DNA of 64,000 nt, taken from assembly GCA_965140585.1 (NCBI GenBank), contig OZ223269.1, forward strand, positions 704,001-768,000, read 5' to 3'. This DNA is from Spirochaetia bacterium (GTDB taxonomy: Bacteria > Spirochaetota > Spirochaetia > UBA9216). Every line of letters starts with the position of its first letter. Within the stretch, counting starts at the first letter, position 1. Made by a program: the position numbers and the translations under genes. The notes beneath the pieces were generated by a model. It worked only from the letters and a program-made list of their open reading frames with translations, did no database searches and was not told the DNA's origin. Of the stretch, positions 51,159 through 62,060 are shown piece by piece.

Positions 51159-51207
51159 GTAATTGTTCACGCTAACATCGTGAATGTAATTTTTCGGAGG
51201 TAATACA

Positions 51208-52611
51208 ATGAAGACCCTTATTAAAAACGGTACAATTGTAACCGCCAGTGACACCTATAAGGCTGATGTCCTGATTGACGGCGAGAAGATTGCCATGATC
51301 GGTACAAACCTTCCTTCAGAAGGCGCTGAAGTTATTGATGCTTCAGGAAAATACCTTATACCCGGTGGCATTGATGCGCATACCCACCTGGATATGCCAT
51401 TCGGCGGTACAATAACAGCTGACGATTTCTACACAGGACAGTCAGCAGCTGCATTCGGCGGCACTACTACCCACATTGACTTCGCTTTACAGCAGAAAGG
51501 TCAGACCCTGAAACAGGGTGTTGAAATGTGGCAGGAAAAGGCTAAAGGCAATACCATAATCGATTATGGTTTCCATATTGCAATAACCGATCCTACAGAA
51601 GAATCTATCAATGAAATTTCCACCCTCAATGATATCGGTGTTTGTTCTCTGAAGGTTTTTCAGGCTTACAAAGGCGCTTTTATGGTAGATGATACTGCGC
51701 TTTATAAGGCAATGGAGAAAACTGCAGAGGCTGATATAATGCTAATGACACACTCCGAGAACGGAGATGCCATTGCGCTGCTTACTGAAAAGCTTGTTGC
51801 TGAAGGTAAACTGGAGCCAAAGTATCATCTTGTTGCTCACCCGCGTGAAATTGAAGGCGAAGCTACTGCAAGAGCGATTGCCATGGCTGCAATAACAGGC
51901 GCAAAACTCTACGTTGTACACATGTCCTGCAGTGATTCTATCGAACAGATGGCTATCGGACGTTCAAAGGGTTACAAGGTAATGGGTGAAACATGTACTC
52001 AGTATATGTTCAAGTTTGAAGACGATATGCGTGTTCCCGGTTTTGAAGGTGCCAAATGGGCATGCGGTCCGCCCGTAAGAACTCCGGAAGATGCAAAATA
52101 CATCTGGGAAGCCCTCAGAAACACAACACTTCAGTGTGTTTCTACTGATCACTGCTCTTTCAACTATGAAGGCGGAGTTGACGGTAAGAAAGCAGGAAAG
52201 GAACTGGGTAAGCCGGGCTGGCATATGATTCCTAACGGAATTCCCGGCATTGAAGACAGAATGATGGTTATGTACCATAACGGTGTTAATTCCGGTAAAA
52301 TCGATCTTAACCGTTTTGTTGCAATTACATCAACAAATACAGCAAAGGCTATGGGCCTCTATCCAAGAAAGGGTACAATTTCAGTCGGTTCAGATGCTGA
52401 TATTGTATTATGGGATCCTGAGAAGACCCATACAATCTCTGCCAAAACACATCATATGAATGTTGACTACAACGCATACGAAGGCATGGAAATCAAAGGA
52501 ATGCCTGTGAGAACAATCATCCGCGGAACTACCGTTACCGACGGAGATAAACTCTGTGTTGAGAAGGGCTTTGGACAGTACCTCATGAGAAAAGGTCCGC
52601 AGATAGTTTAA
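51208..52611 (+). CDS. hydA: Dihydropyrimidinase / D-hydantoinase (HyuA-like)
   Basis: PGGIDAHTH, AAAFGGTTT, SLKVFQAYK, HSENG, YVVH, GETCTQY, STDHCSF, IPNGIPGIE. Confidence 0.93.
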   Translation: MKTLIKNGTIVTASDTYKADVLIDGEKIAMIGTNLPSEGAEVIDASGKYLIPGGIDAHTHLDMPFGGTITADDFYTGQSAAAFGGTTTHIDFALQQKGQTLKQGVEMWQEKAKGNTIIDYGFHIAITDPTEESINEISTLNDIGVCSLKVFQAYKGAFMVDDTALYKAMEKTAEADIMLMTHSENGDAIALLTEKLVAEGKLEPKYHLVAHPREIEGEATARAIAMAAITGAKLYVVHMSCSDSIEQMAIGRSKGYKVMGETCTQYMFKFEDDMRVPGFEGAKWACGPPVRTPEDAKYIWEALRNTTLQCVSTDHCSFNYEGGVDGKKAGKELGKPGWHMIPNGIPGIEDRMMVMYHNGVNSGKIDLNRFVAITSTNTAKAMGLYPRKGTISVGSDADIVLWDPEKTHTISAKTHHMNVDYNAYEGMEIKGMPVRTIIRGTTVTDGDKLCVEKGFGQYLMRKGPQIV

Positions 52612-52625
52612 CAGATTTATAGAAT

Positions 52626-52657
52626 AAAAAAGCAGCCTGTATCGGCTGCTTTTTTTT
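52626..52657. terminator. Bidirectional terminator between hydA and lipA
   Basis: AAAAAAGCAGCC-TGTATC-GGCTGCTTTTTTTT. Confidence 0.85.
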
Positions 52658-52671
52658 GACTTATGTAAAAA

Positions 52672-53538
52672 TCAGGATTTAATATTTTTCATTGCTTCAT
52701 CTGCAAGATATGAACTGCGGACCAGCGGTGCGGATGAAACATGTAGAAATCCTAGTTTCATCGCTTTTTCCGCGTACATGTCAAACTGTTCCGGTGTAGT
52801 GTATTCGATTATCGGGTGATGTTTATCTGAAGGTGAAAGATACTGTCCGACTGTAAGAAAATCACAGCCGGCCTTTCTGAGATCACTGAAAACCTCAATA
52901 ACTTCATCGGTTTTTTCACCGAGTCCGGTCATCAGCCCTGATTTAGTGTAGATTTTATCAGAAAAAGTTTTTACTTTTTCAAGAAGTTCAAGTGACTGCC
53001 GGTAGTCGGCCATCGGACGCACTTCATCATAAAGCCGCGGTACAGTTTCAATGTTGTGATTTATAATATGAGGACCGGCATATATAACTTTTTTCAGGTC
53101 ATCGGTAACGCCCTGGAAATCAGGTATAAGAACCTCGATAATTACATCTGAATATGCTTTTTTTATTGCGGTAATTACATTCGCGAAATGATCGGAGCCG
53201 CCGTCGGGGAGATCGTCTCTTGTAACCGATGTTATAACGACATGTTTCAGCTTTAATTCTTTGACAGCCTGCGCAATATTCTCCGGTTCAGAAGATAATA
53301 CATCTTCAGGAGTTCCGCCTGATACGTTGCAGAAGGTACAGTTTCTCGTGCATACCTTTCCCAGAATCATAAAAGTAGCTGTTTTTCTGTTAAAGCATTC
53401 ACCCTTGTTCGGGCAGGCAGCTTCTTCGCAGACAGTATTAAGATTAAGAGACTCAAGAAGGTTTTCAACAAAGGAAAAATCAGCTCCCGCACGGTATCTT
53501 ACTTTAAGCCATTCCGGCCTGCCTGAATTAGATTTCAA
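52672..53538 (-). CDS. lipA: Lipoyl synthase
   Basis: [43 protein letters not shown]. Confidence 0.96.
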   Translation of the reverse strand: MKSNSGRPEWLKVRYRAGADFSFVENLLESLNLNTVCEEAACPNKGECFNRKTATFMILGKVCTRNCTFCNVSGGTPEDVLSSEPENIAQAVKELKLKHVVITSVTRDDLPDGGSDHFANVITAIKKAYSDVIIEVLIPDFQGVTDDLKKVIYAGPHIINHNIETVPRLYDEVRPMADYRQSLELLEKVKTFSDKIYTKSGLMTGLGEKTDEVIEVFSDLRKAGCDFLTVGQYLSPSDKHHPIIEYTTPEQFDMYAEKAMKLGFLHVSSAPLVRSSYLADEAMKNIKS

Positions 53539-54205
53539 GTATTTCTCCTATGCTTTTCTCAGCAATGTCTACTCTGAAGACCTTCGAAAAATGTTTAAGT
53601 GTCAGTTGTTTTACCAGTTCAAAGTCGACTGCTTTCCGAAGTTCTTTCTCAAGAGACGTTACGCTGCGATCAGCCAGTCCGCAGGGAATTATCCAGTCAA
53701 AATGCCTCAGGTTGGTCTTTACATTAAATGCAAAGCCGTGAAAACTTATCCACTTCCGTACAGCTATCCCGATTGCTGTTATTTTTCTCGATCCGATATA
53801 TACGCCTGTGTATTTACCCTTGTCCGATGTTGTTTCAATTCCGTATTCTTCTTTAAGCAGATTCTCAATTACACTCTCAAGCATGCTGACATAAAGATGA
53901 AGATCCTTTCCGAATTCTTCAAGCCTCAGTATCGGGTATCCAACTAGCTGGCCGGGACCGTGATAGGTTACATCGCCTCCGCGTTCAACATCAAAGAGTT
54001 CAACGCCTTCATCTTTTAGCATATCGTCTGTGGCAAGAATGTTTTTTCTTTCGGTTCGCCGCCCCATAGTTAATACCGGGTTGTGCTCAACAAAGAAAAG
54101 GGTGTTTGAAAGTTTGTTCTGCTGAATGAGGGATACAGCCTTATGCTGTATCTCCAGGGCTTCACCGTAATTCATTCTGCCTAAATCAACAAAATTCAAA
54201 ATCAT
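53528..54205 (-). CDS. lipB: Octanoyltransferase
   Basis: [42 protein letters not shown]; start placed at ATG 54205. Confidence 0.94.
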   Translation of the reverse strand: MILNFVDLGRMNYGEALEIQHKAVSLIQQNKLSNTLFFVEHNPVLTMGRRTERKNILATDDMLKDEGVELFDVERGGDVTYHGPGQLVGYPILRLEEFGKDLHLYVSMLESVIENLLKEEYGIETTSDKGKYTGVYIGSRKITAIGIAVRKWISFHGFAFNVKTNLRHFDWIIPCGLADRSVTSLEKELRKAVDFELVKQLTLKHFSKVFRVDIAEKSIGEILEI

Positions 54206-54331
54206 AAACAGGAGTATACTTAAAAACAGCAATTTTTAATAGAGAGGAAAATATTCTGAATTATTAACCAAATGTTGGTTTGCGAAAATTCGAAACTTCA
54301 TTATATAATATCCATATATGAGGAGAGGAAT

Positions 54332-55615
54332 ATGGACAGAGTGATTATCATTATTTTGGGCGGCGGAAAGGGTACCAGGCTTTATCCTCTTACAAAGGAA
54401 CGTGCAAAACCAGCAGTTTCTTTCGGCGGAAAATACAGACTTATTGACATCGCCATATCAAACAGTATTAATTCCGGTTTCAGACAGATTTATATTCTTA
54501 CCCAGTTTGAATCGGCATCGCTTAACCTTCATGTCAACAGGGCATATCAGTTTGATGTATTTTCAAAGGGCTTTGTTGAAATCCTTGCAGCCTCACAGAC
54601 TCATTCAAGCAGCGGATGGTATGAGGGCACAGCTGATGCTGTAAGAAAAAACCTTCAGCGTTTTGCAGATAACCAGCCCACGCATTATATGATTTTATCC
54701 GGAGACCAGCTGTATAAGATGGATTTAAAAGATTTCCTGAACAAGCACAAGGAACGGGCTGCCGAAATTTCTATTGCATCCACCCCTGTTACAAGGACAG
54801 ATGCTAATGAACTTGGAATACTTCAGACGGATAATAAAAATACAATCGACATGTTTCTTGAAAAGCCGGGTCCCAGCCTGGATATAAATGATTATAAAAT
54901 TCCCCAGGAAGTTGCCGAACGTAACTCGATACGACCGGAATCCGGAAAAGACTATCTGGCTTCTATGGGTATCTATCTTTTTAATGCTGATGTTATGCAC
55001 AGATGTCTGGAATCTGACTTCACCGATTTCGGCAAGGAGATTATTCCGGAGGCTATAAAAAGTCTTAATGTTAAATCATATGTATACAACGGCTATTGGG
55101 AGGATATCGGAACGATTAAAAACTTCTATGAGGCTAACATCAACCTTGCTTCAATAGAGCCGAACTTCAATCTGTATGATGAAGAAAACCCTGTATATAA
55201 CTATAGAAGGCATCTTCCTCCCTCAAAAATCAATTCCTGTACTTTCAAACAGTCTCTTGCAGCTGAAGGCTCAATTATAACTGATGCATCAATCTCATAT
55301 TCAATTGTCGGTGCAAGAACCATAATTTCAGATGGAGCTACACTTGACGGCGTATACTGTATGGGTGCCGACTTTTATGAAACACCCGAGCAGATAGAAG
55401 ATAACAGAAAGAAGAATATTCCGAATGTGGGCATAGGCCGCGGCGCTATCATAAAAAGGGCAATAATCGATAAAAACGCCAGAATAGGCGCTCACTGTCG
55501 TATAGGAATAGATAATTTTGAGCGCAGGGACGGAGATTACGGCAATTATCATATAGTTGACGGAGTTCTGATTATTCATAAAAATGCAATTCTTCAGGAT
55601 GGAACTGCAATCTGA
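54332..55615 (+). CDS. glgC: Glucose-1-phosphate adenylyltransferase
   Basis: GGGKGTRLYPLT..RAKPAV.FGGKYRLID, GTADAV, LSGDQLY, EKP, ASMGIY, DFGKEIIP, YWEDIGT; ATG 54332 behind GAGGAG. Confidence 0.96.
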   Translation: MDRVIIIILGGGKGTRLYPLTKERAKPAVSFGGKYRLIDIAISNSINSGFRQIYILTQFESASLNLHVNRAYQFDVFSKGFVEILAASQTHSSSGWYEGTADAVRKNLQRFADNQPTHYMILSGDQLYKMDLKDFLNKHKERAAEISIASTPVTRTDANELGILQTDNKNTIDMFLEKPGPSLDINDYKIPQEVAERNSIRPESGKDYLASMGIYLFNADVMHRCLESDFTDFGKEIIPEAIKSLNVKSYVYNGYWEDIGTIKNFYEANINLASIEPNFNLYDEENPVYNYRRHLPPSKINSCTFKQSLAAEGSIITDASISYSIVGARTIISDGATLDGVYCMGADFYETPEQIEDNRKKNIPNVGIGRGAIIKRAIIDKNARIGAHCRIGIDNFERRDGDYGNYHIVDGVLIIHKNAILQDGTAI

Positions 55616-57612
55616 AAAACAATAAACCTTTTAACCAGCTGATTCAGGAAGATTCCTATCTCTCGCCCTATGCCGGAAATCTTCAGAGACGAATAGATCT
55701 GTATAACTACAGGAAGCATCACCTGCTTGAAAGTATCGAAGGTTTCGGCAGGTCATTTGAATATTACGGAGTTCATAAACAGGGCAAAAACACCTGTATA
55801 CGCGAATGGGCTCCTAACGCTGATGAAATGTATCTGCTATCGGACCGGACCTCATGGCTCTGTTCGGATGATTACCGGTTCAGCCGTCTGAATGAACACG
55901 GGGACTGGGAAATTATACTGCCTGAAGGTGTGCTGGAACATGGAGATTATTTCAGGCTTTATCTGAAGTGGAAGGGCGGTGAAGGTGACCGTATTCCTGC
56001 ATATGCCACAAGGGTTGAGCAGGACAGTCAGACATACATTTACTGCTCACGAATGTGGAACCCGGCGCAGGAATATAAATGGTCTGTAAAAGATTTTACC
56101 CCATCCAGGGAACCGGTTATTTACGAAGCCCACATTGGAATGGCGGCGGAACATTATGGTATAGGGACATTCAATGAATTTCGTGAGAATGTCCTGCCGA
56201 GAATAATCTCTGCGGGCTTTAATACCGTTCAGTTTATGGCCCTCATGGAACATCCTTATTACGGGTCCTTCGGTTATCAGGTTGCTAATTTCTTTGCATT
56301 AAGTTCCAAATACGGGACACCCGATGAATTCAAGTTTCTGGTAGATGAATGTCACCGCAACGGTGTAGCTGTAATTATGGATCTTGTTCACAGCCATGCG
56401 GTTAAAAATGAACTTGAGGGCTTAAGTAATTTCGATGGAACCCCCTATCTGTATTTTCATGAGGGGCCCCGCGGATATCATCCGGCATGGGATTCAAGAT
56501 GCTTTGACTATTCCAACAGCAATGTGATTAATTTTCTGCTTTCAAACTGTGTCTACTGGATTGAAGAATACCATATTGATGGCTACCGTTTTGACGGTGT
56601 GACAAGTATGCTCTATCATGATCACGGTCTGGGAGCTTCCTTTGATAACTATGACAAGTATTTCGGCGCCAATACTGATGAAGATGCCGTATGCTACCTT
56701 TCTCTTGCAAATCATCTGATACACAGCATTAAACCTGATTTTATTACTATTGCCGAAGATATGAGCGGTATGCCGGGAATGGCAAGGGAGGCAGAAGCGG
56801 GGGGCTGCGGCTTTGATTACCGCTTGGCAATGGGTATACCTGATTTCTGGATAAAGTTGCTTAAGGAAAAGAGCGATGAACAGTGGAGTCCCGGCGAAAT
56901 ATGGGGAGTGCTTAATAACCGCAGATTTACTGAAAAGCATATAGCATATTCTGAAAGTCATGACCAGGCGCTGGTTGGCGATAAAACCCTTATATTCCGC
57001 ATGCTTGATTCTGCTATGTATACAGATATGTCTATCGGTACCCAATCGTTAACAGTCAGCCGGGGAATTGCCCTTATAAAGATAATAAATATGCTTACAT
57101 TCTCCCTGGGCGGAGACGGTTATATGTGTTTTATGGGGAATGAATTCGGCCATCCGGAATGGATTGATTTTCCAAGGGAGGGAAACGGCTGGAGCTATCA
57201 TTATGCAAGGCGTCAATGGTCTCTCAGCAGCAACAGGGATTTGAGGTACGGAAGAATACTGGAATTTACTGGTGATATGCTTCATCTGTGCAGTGATGTT
57301 CTTAAGAGCAGTCATCCGGGCCTTCTTTGTCTTCACGAAGATGATCAAGTTCTTGCCTATAGCCGGGGAGAGCTGTATTTTATAGTCAATATGAGCGGAA
57401 CTAAGTCATACCGTGACTACAGAATAAATGTTCCTGCGGGAAGTTATCATCTTCTTCTTGATTCTGATTCAGAAAAGTACGATGGTAGTGGAAGGATCCC
57501 CGGTAATCTTGTACTTAAAGCTGCAGATTACAAAAGCGATTCCGGTTGGATTACTCCATACCTTCCGACAAGGACAGTCCTTGTCTTCAGAAGGACAAGT
57601 CCCGGAGGATAA
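55612..57612 (+). CDS. glgB: 1,4-alpha-glucan branching enzyme (GH13, eukaryote/Bacteroidota-like type)
   Basis: YEAHIGM, HPYYGSFGYQV, DLVHSH, DGYRFDGVTSM, AEDMSGMP, ESHDQALVGDKT, FGHPEWIDFPR; homology (DSYLSPY...YYGVH...REWAPNA) extends upstream of ATG 55828 to a probable CTG start at 55612. Confidence 0.92.
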   Translation: MKNNKPFNQLIQEDSYLSPYAGNLQRRIDLYNYRKHHLLESIEGFGRSFEYYGVHKQGKNTCIREWAPNADEMYLLSDRTSWLCSDDYRFSRLNEHGDWEIILPEGVLEHGDYFRLYLKWKGGEGDRIPAYATRVEQDSQTYIYCSRMWNPAQEYKWSVKDFTPSREPVIYEAHIGMAAEHYGIGTFNEFRENVLPRIISAGFNTVQFMALMEHPYYGSFGYQVANFFALSSKYGTPDEFKFLVDECHRNGVAVIMDLVHSHAVKNELEGLSNFDGTPYLYFHEGPRGYHPAWDSRCFDYSNSNVINFLLSNCVYWIEEYHIDGYRFDGVTSMLYHDHGLGASFDNYDKYFGANTDEDAVCYLSLANHLIHSIKPDFITIAEDMSGMPGMAREAEAGGCGFDYRLAMGIPDFWIKLLKEKSDEQWSPGEIWGVLNNRRFTEKHIAYSESHDQALVGDKTLIFRMLDSAMYTDMSIGTQSLTVSRGIALIKIINMLTFSLGGDGYMCFMGNEFGHPEWIDFPREGNGWSYHYARRQWSLSSNRDLRYGRILEFTGDMLHLCSDVLKSSHPGLLCLHEDDQVLAYSRGELYFIVNMSGTKSYRDYRINVPAGSYHLLLDSDSEKYDGSGRIPGNLVLKAADYKSDSGWITPYLPTRTVLVFRRTSPGG

Positions 57613-57613
57613 G

Positions 57614-59587
57614 ATGACTCCATTAGACAGAATCAAAAGTATAGTAACTGACACCTTTGAAGGACTGACATCCGAATGGCTGATAACTAATTCAAAGGGC
57701 GGATTTTCATCATCTACTGCCATAGGCTGCCATACAAGGAAATATCACGGACTGCTTGTTACCACTCTTCCGGAAAGAGAGGGGCGCATTCATTTTCTCT
57801 CATCCATAGAAGAAAATATTAATAGCTCCAGTCAAATCAGGCTTGGGAATAATATATACCCCGGAGTGATGTATCCGGAGGGATATGGATATATCAGGGA
57901 ATTCGGTACTCTTCCGGTTCCGACATGGATTTACAGTTTCGGTGATATTCTTTTGAAGAAAGAGATACTGATGCGTGATGAAGAGGCTTCAGTATTAATT
58001 GTATATACCCTTATGGAAGGTGAGGAAACTCTTCCCGTTGAACTGAGGCTGCTTTTTACCTTTCGCGACAGCCACACAACAACCAGAGAAAATATAGATT
58101 TAAAAAAAGATATCAGCTTCAGTCAGGATGGGTATAGTATTCAGCCTTATTCAATGCTGCCTCCGGCCTATGTTTCATTCAGCGGAGACTGGGCGCATTT
58201 TGGTGATTTTTACTGGGATCATAATGTCATATATGAAATTGAACGGGAGAGAGGTCTGGATTTTGAAGAGGATCGCTTTGTTCCCGGACATGAAAAAATC
58301 ACACTGAATAAGGGGCAGCCATTCGTTGTAAAAGTTTCAGCAGGTGCAGAAAACAGATCTGACGGAGATACTGTTGAAGAATACGGTAAAATCCTGGCTA
58401 AAAAGATAAGTTTTACAGAAAACATTAAAACAGATAAGGATCTGCTTTCACTGGGAGCAAATGATTTTCTTGTCAGCAGTTTTTCCGGTCTGAAATCGGT
58501 TAATGCCGGTTATCCGTGGTTCGGAGAGTGGGGTCGGGATACCATGATAGCGCTTCCGGGGCTTACCTGGTGCAACGGCAATCTTGCCTGGGGGCTTGAT
58601 GTTTTAAAAGATTATGCTGGTATGATTAAAAACGGCATGCTGCCTAATACTATCGGTGAGTCACAGGGCTTTACGTCCTACAATTCAATTGATGCAGGTC
58701 TGCTTTACTGCAGGGCGGTTATGAAACTCTTAGAGTACGGCTACGGAAATAAGTCCGGTGAAGTGGATTTTATACGTTCTGTTTTGTTTCCGGCAGTCAC
58801 GAGCATCGTGGAAGCCTTTTTGAATAATATCGTCCCTGAAACAAGACTTGATTCCAGCGGGCTGATATCCACCGGAAATGAAAATACTCAGCTCACCTGG
58901 ATGGATGCTACTTCCAAAGGGAAGCCTGTAACATCAAGGCACGGCTATGCAGTAGAGCTTAATGCAATGTGGTATGACAGCTTTATCCTCATTAAAAAGC
59001 TCTGCGCAATGATAAAAACAGACGTACCGGCCTATGCGGATGAGTATATCAATAAATTACCTGCAGCTTTTAAAGAGGCTTTCTGGAATGTGGAAGATGG
59101 CTTTTTAAGCGATACCTGTGTGAACGGTGCGGCGGATCATAAGCTGAGGCCTAATCTTCTGTTTGCAACCTCAGCTTCAGATGGTCTTATTGATCGTGAT
59201 ATAAGAAGAGCATCAATAAATATGGTAAAAGAGAAACTTCTTACACCAATGGGATTAAGAACCTTGTCTCCGGATCATTCCGATTTCCGGGGAGAATATA
59301 CAGGCGGTTCTGATGAAAGGGATGCAAAATACCACCAGGGAACTGTATGGCCCTGGCTGATTGGTGTCATGGTTGAATCAAGTCTTCTATATTGCGAAGA
59401 TAAGAAAAAAGAATTAAAATTCTGGGGTGATTATCTGGATAATCTTCTTGATAATCATTTATACAGGCAGGGTGTGGGTTATATTTCCGAAATCTTCGAC
59501 GGGGCAATGCCGGAGAACGGAAAGGGATGCTTCGCACAGGCCTGGAGTACCGGTGAATTATTAAGGGCATACTCTCTGCTGAAATAA
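57614..59587 (+). CDS. Amylo-alpha-1,6-glucosidase (GDE_N + GDE_C; glycogen debranching)
   Basis: EWLITN..GG, TRKYHGLL, AGYPWFGEWGRDTMI, LTWMDA, RPN, GLRTL, YHQGTVWPW, QAWS; ATG 57614 behind GGAGG. Confidence 0.92.
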   Translation: MTPLDRIKSIVTDTFEGLTSEWLITNSKGGFSSSTAIGCHTRKYHGLLVTTLPEREGRIHFLSSIEENINSSSQIRLGNNIYPGVMYPEGYGYIREFGTLPVPTWIYSFGDILLKKEILMRDEEASVLIVYTLMEGEETLPVELRLLFTFRDSHTTTRENIDLKKDISFSQDGYSIQPYSMLPPAYVSFSGDWAHFGDFYWDHNVIYEIERERGLDFEEDRFVPGHEKITLNKGQPFVVKVSAGAENRSDGDTVEEYGKILAKKISFTENIKTDKDLLSLGANDFLVSSFSGLKSVNAGYPWFGEWGRDTMIALPGLTWCNGNLAWGLDVLKDYAGMIKNGMLPNTIGESQGFTSYNSIDAGLLYCRAVMKLLEYGYGNKSGEVDFIRSVLFPAVTSIVEAFLNNIVPETRLDSSGLISTGNENTQLTWMDATSKGKPVTSRHGYAVELNAMWYDSFILIKKLCAMIKTDVPAYADEYINKLPAAFKEAFWNVEDGFLSDTCVNGAADHKLRPNLLFATSASDGLIDRDIRRASINMVKEKLLTPMGLRTLSPDHSDFRGEYTGGSDERDAKYHQGTVWPWLIGVMVESSLLYCEDKKKELKFWGDYLDNLLDNHLYRQGVGYISEIFDGAMPENGKGCFAQAWSTGELLRAYSLLK

Positions 59588-59597
59588 AGGAGAGTCC

Positions 59598-62060
59598 TTG
59601 CCGCAAGGAGCGGTTATGCAGAATACCTATGGGTTACCTGAAAAAGGTATAAGTACCGAAGAAATCAAACAGGGATTTCTTGAACATCTTAAATACAGCC
59701 TTGCTGTGAAGCTTGAGAACAGCCACAGTACAGACAAGTATATTGCCCTTGCTTTTATGGTAAGGGATCGAATAATTGACCGGTGGTTTGCCTCCAAAAA
59801 AACACACGAAGAGCAGAAATTAAAATTCATTAACTATTTCTCTTTTGAATTCCTTATGGGCAGATCAATGTCAAATAACATGATCAACCTCGGGATAAAG
59901 AATGAAGTAGATGCAATGCTTGAGGAAGTAGGTGTTGAATGGGAGGATATAAGCGCTGCGATGGTTGACAGCGGCCTTGGGAACGGCGGCCTTGGAAGAC
60001 TTGCCGCCTGCTTTCTTGATTCGCTGGCTACTCTGGAGTTTCCTGCCTACGGGTACGGGCTGCGGTATAAGTATGGTTTTTTCAAGCAGACCATAGTCAA
60101 CGGCTACCAGGTTGAGGAGGCTGATGACTGGCTTCGTTTCAAGAATCCATGGGAGATAAGGCGGAATGATATTCCGGTTACCGTACAGTTCGGCGGCCGT
60201 GTAGCGAGAAACAAGAAAGGCCGCTGCTTCTGGGTTGATACAAACGATATTATCGGTGTTCCGTATGATACGCCTATAGTCGGTTATGGAGGAAACACTG
60301 TTAATACCCTGCGACTCTGGGATTCCAAAAGTTCGGAACAGTTTGATTTTCAGGCGTTTAATCAGGGGGATTACTATAACACTGTTGATGAAGAGGTTCT
60401 TGCTGAAACATTAACACAGGTTCTGTATCCGAACGACGCAATTTATTCAGGCAAGGAATTGAGGTTCAAGCAGCAGTTTTTCTTTGTCAGTGCTTCTTTG
60501 CAGGATATATTCAGAAGATTCAAACGCCTGAATGAGCCTATAGAGAATCTCAGTAATTATATGGCTATTCAGCTCAATGATACCCATCCTGCAATTGCAG
60601 TCCCGGAACTTATGCGTATTCTTGTGGATATTGAAGAAATTGACTGGGATACAGCCTGGGATGTAACAAGAGCATGTCTGGGATATACGAACCACACATT
60701 GATGCCTGAAGCCCTTGAAACATGGCCTGTAAGCATGTTTGAACGCTTTCTGCCGCGTCATCTTGAGATAATCTACCAGATTAACCATTTCTTCCTACAG
60801 AAGGTCACAGGGATGTATCCGGGTGATATGGGAAAACTTTCCCGGCTTTCGCTTATAGAAGAGCATGGTGAAAAAAGGATAAGAATGGCACCTCTTGCAA
60901 TTCTTGGTTCACATTCTGTAAACGGGGTTGCTGAAATCCATTCAAAACTGATTAAAGAACGGCTTGTTCCCGATTTCTATGAAATATTCCCGGAGCGTTT
61001 TAATAACAAAACAAATGGGATAACTCAGCGAAGATGGCTTCGCAAGGCAAATAAACCGCTTTCCGAGCTGATCACCTCGAGTATCGGGGATGGATGGATT
61101 ACAAATCTCTCGGAACTCAAGGGTCTTAAAAAGCACGTTGATGACAGTTCCTTCCTTGAAAAACTAGATCAGGTTAAAAAGCAGGGCAAGATTGATCTTG
61201 CAGCGCACTGTAAGAAAGAATTCGGTTTCATAATGGATCCGGAATCCATTTTTGATATTCATGTTAAACGTATACATGAATATAAAAGACAGCTGCTTAA
61301 TGTCCTGCATATTATAGTTTTATACAACAGGATAAGATCCGGGGAGAGAATATACCCCAGAACTTTTATATTCAGCGGTAAAGCTGCTCCGGGCTATGAT
61401 ATGGCCAAAATGATAATTAAGCTTATAAATAATGTAAGCCATGTTATTAACGGCGATCGAAAAGTAAGTGAGATGCTGAAGGTCTTTTTCCTTCCCAATT
61501 ACAGCGTTTCTCTTGCTGAGAAGATTTTTCCGGCTGCAGAGATTTCTGAACAGATATCCACCGCCGGCACAGAGGCTTCAGGTACGAGCAATATGAAATT
61601 CATGCTTAACGGAGCTCTTACAATGGGAACGCTGGACGGAGCGAATATTGAGATTGTTGAGGAAGCCGGTGAAGAAAATATGTTCATCTTCGGAATGAAA
61701 ACAGAAGAAGTCACTGAAAAAAGAAACGGTTATAAACCGGTAGACTATCTTCTCAATTACCCGGAGATAGCTGAAATCTTCAAACTTATGAACAGCGGCT
61801 TTTTCAATATCAGCGAACCGGGGATTTTTGATCAGCTTATAAAGAATCTTATGGATTATGATTACTATATGAATCTTGCTGATCTTCCGGCATACATCGA
61901 TGCACAGAAACTTGTTGAAACCAGATACAGGGACAGGGAGTCCTGGCTGAAATCTTCACTGATTAACATTGCAAGCGCAGGGAAATTTTCTTCAGACAGG
62001 ACTATAAATGAGTATGCTAAAGACATATGGGACCTGAAGCCCTGCCATGTTAAAAAATAA
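59598..62060 (+). CDS. glgP: Glycogen/starch phosphorylase
   Basis: GNGGLGRLAACF, NDTHP, YTNHT, TNGIT.RRW, KRIHEYKRQ, EASGTSNMK, GTLDGAN; alternative start ATG 59616. Confidence 0.96.
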   Translation: MPQGAVMQNTYGLPEKGISTEEIKQGFLEHLKYSLAVKLENSHSTDKYIALAFMVRDRIIDRWFASKKTHEEQKLKFINYFSFEFLMGRSMSNNMINLGIKNEVDAMLEEVGVEWEDISAAMVDSGLGNGGLGRLAACFLDSLATLEFPAYGYGLRYKYGFFKQTIVNGYQVEEADDWLRFKNPWEIRRNDIPVTVQFGGRVARNKKGRCFWVDTNDIIGVPYDTPIVGYGGNTVNTLRLWDSKSSEQFDFQAFNQGDYYNTVDEEVLAETLTQVLYPNDAIYSGKELRFKQQFFFVSASLQDIFRRFKRLNEPIENLSNYMAIQLNDTHPAIAVPELMRILVDIEEIDWDTAWDVTRACLGYTNHTLMPEALETWPVSMFERFLPRHLEIIYQINHFFLQKVTGMYPGDMGKLSRLSLIEEHGEKRIRMAPLAILGSHSVNGVAEIHSKLIKERLVPDFYEIFPERFNNKTNGITQRRWLRKANKPLSELITSSIGDGWITNLSELKGLKKHVDDSSFLEKLDQVKKQGKIDLAAHCKKEFGFIMDPESIFDIHVKRIHEYKRQLLNVLHIIVLYNRIRSGERIYPRTFIFSGKAAPGYDMAKMIIKLINNVSHVINGDRKVSEMLKVFFLPNYSVSLAEKIFPAAEISEQISTAGTEASGTSNMKFMLNGALTMGTLDGANIEIVEEAGEENMFIFGMKTEEVTEKRNGYKPVDYLLNYPEIAEIFKLMNSGFFNISEPGIFDQLIKNLMDYDYYMNLADLPAYIDAQKLVETRYRDRESWLKSSLINIASAGKFSSDRTINEYAKDIWDLKPCHVKK

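Noticed and set aside
51166-51184. TTCACG...CGTGAA inverted repeat downstream of the hydA promoter as a Rex or CRP site
   Set aside because: Orientation and spacing do not match either consensus; only 6-bp arms
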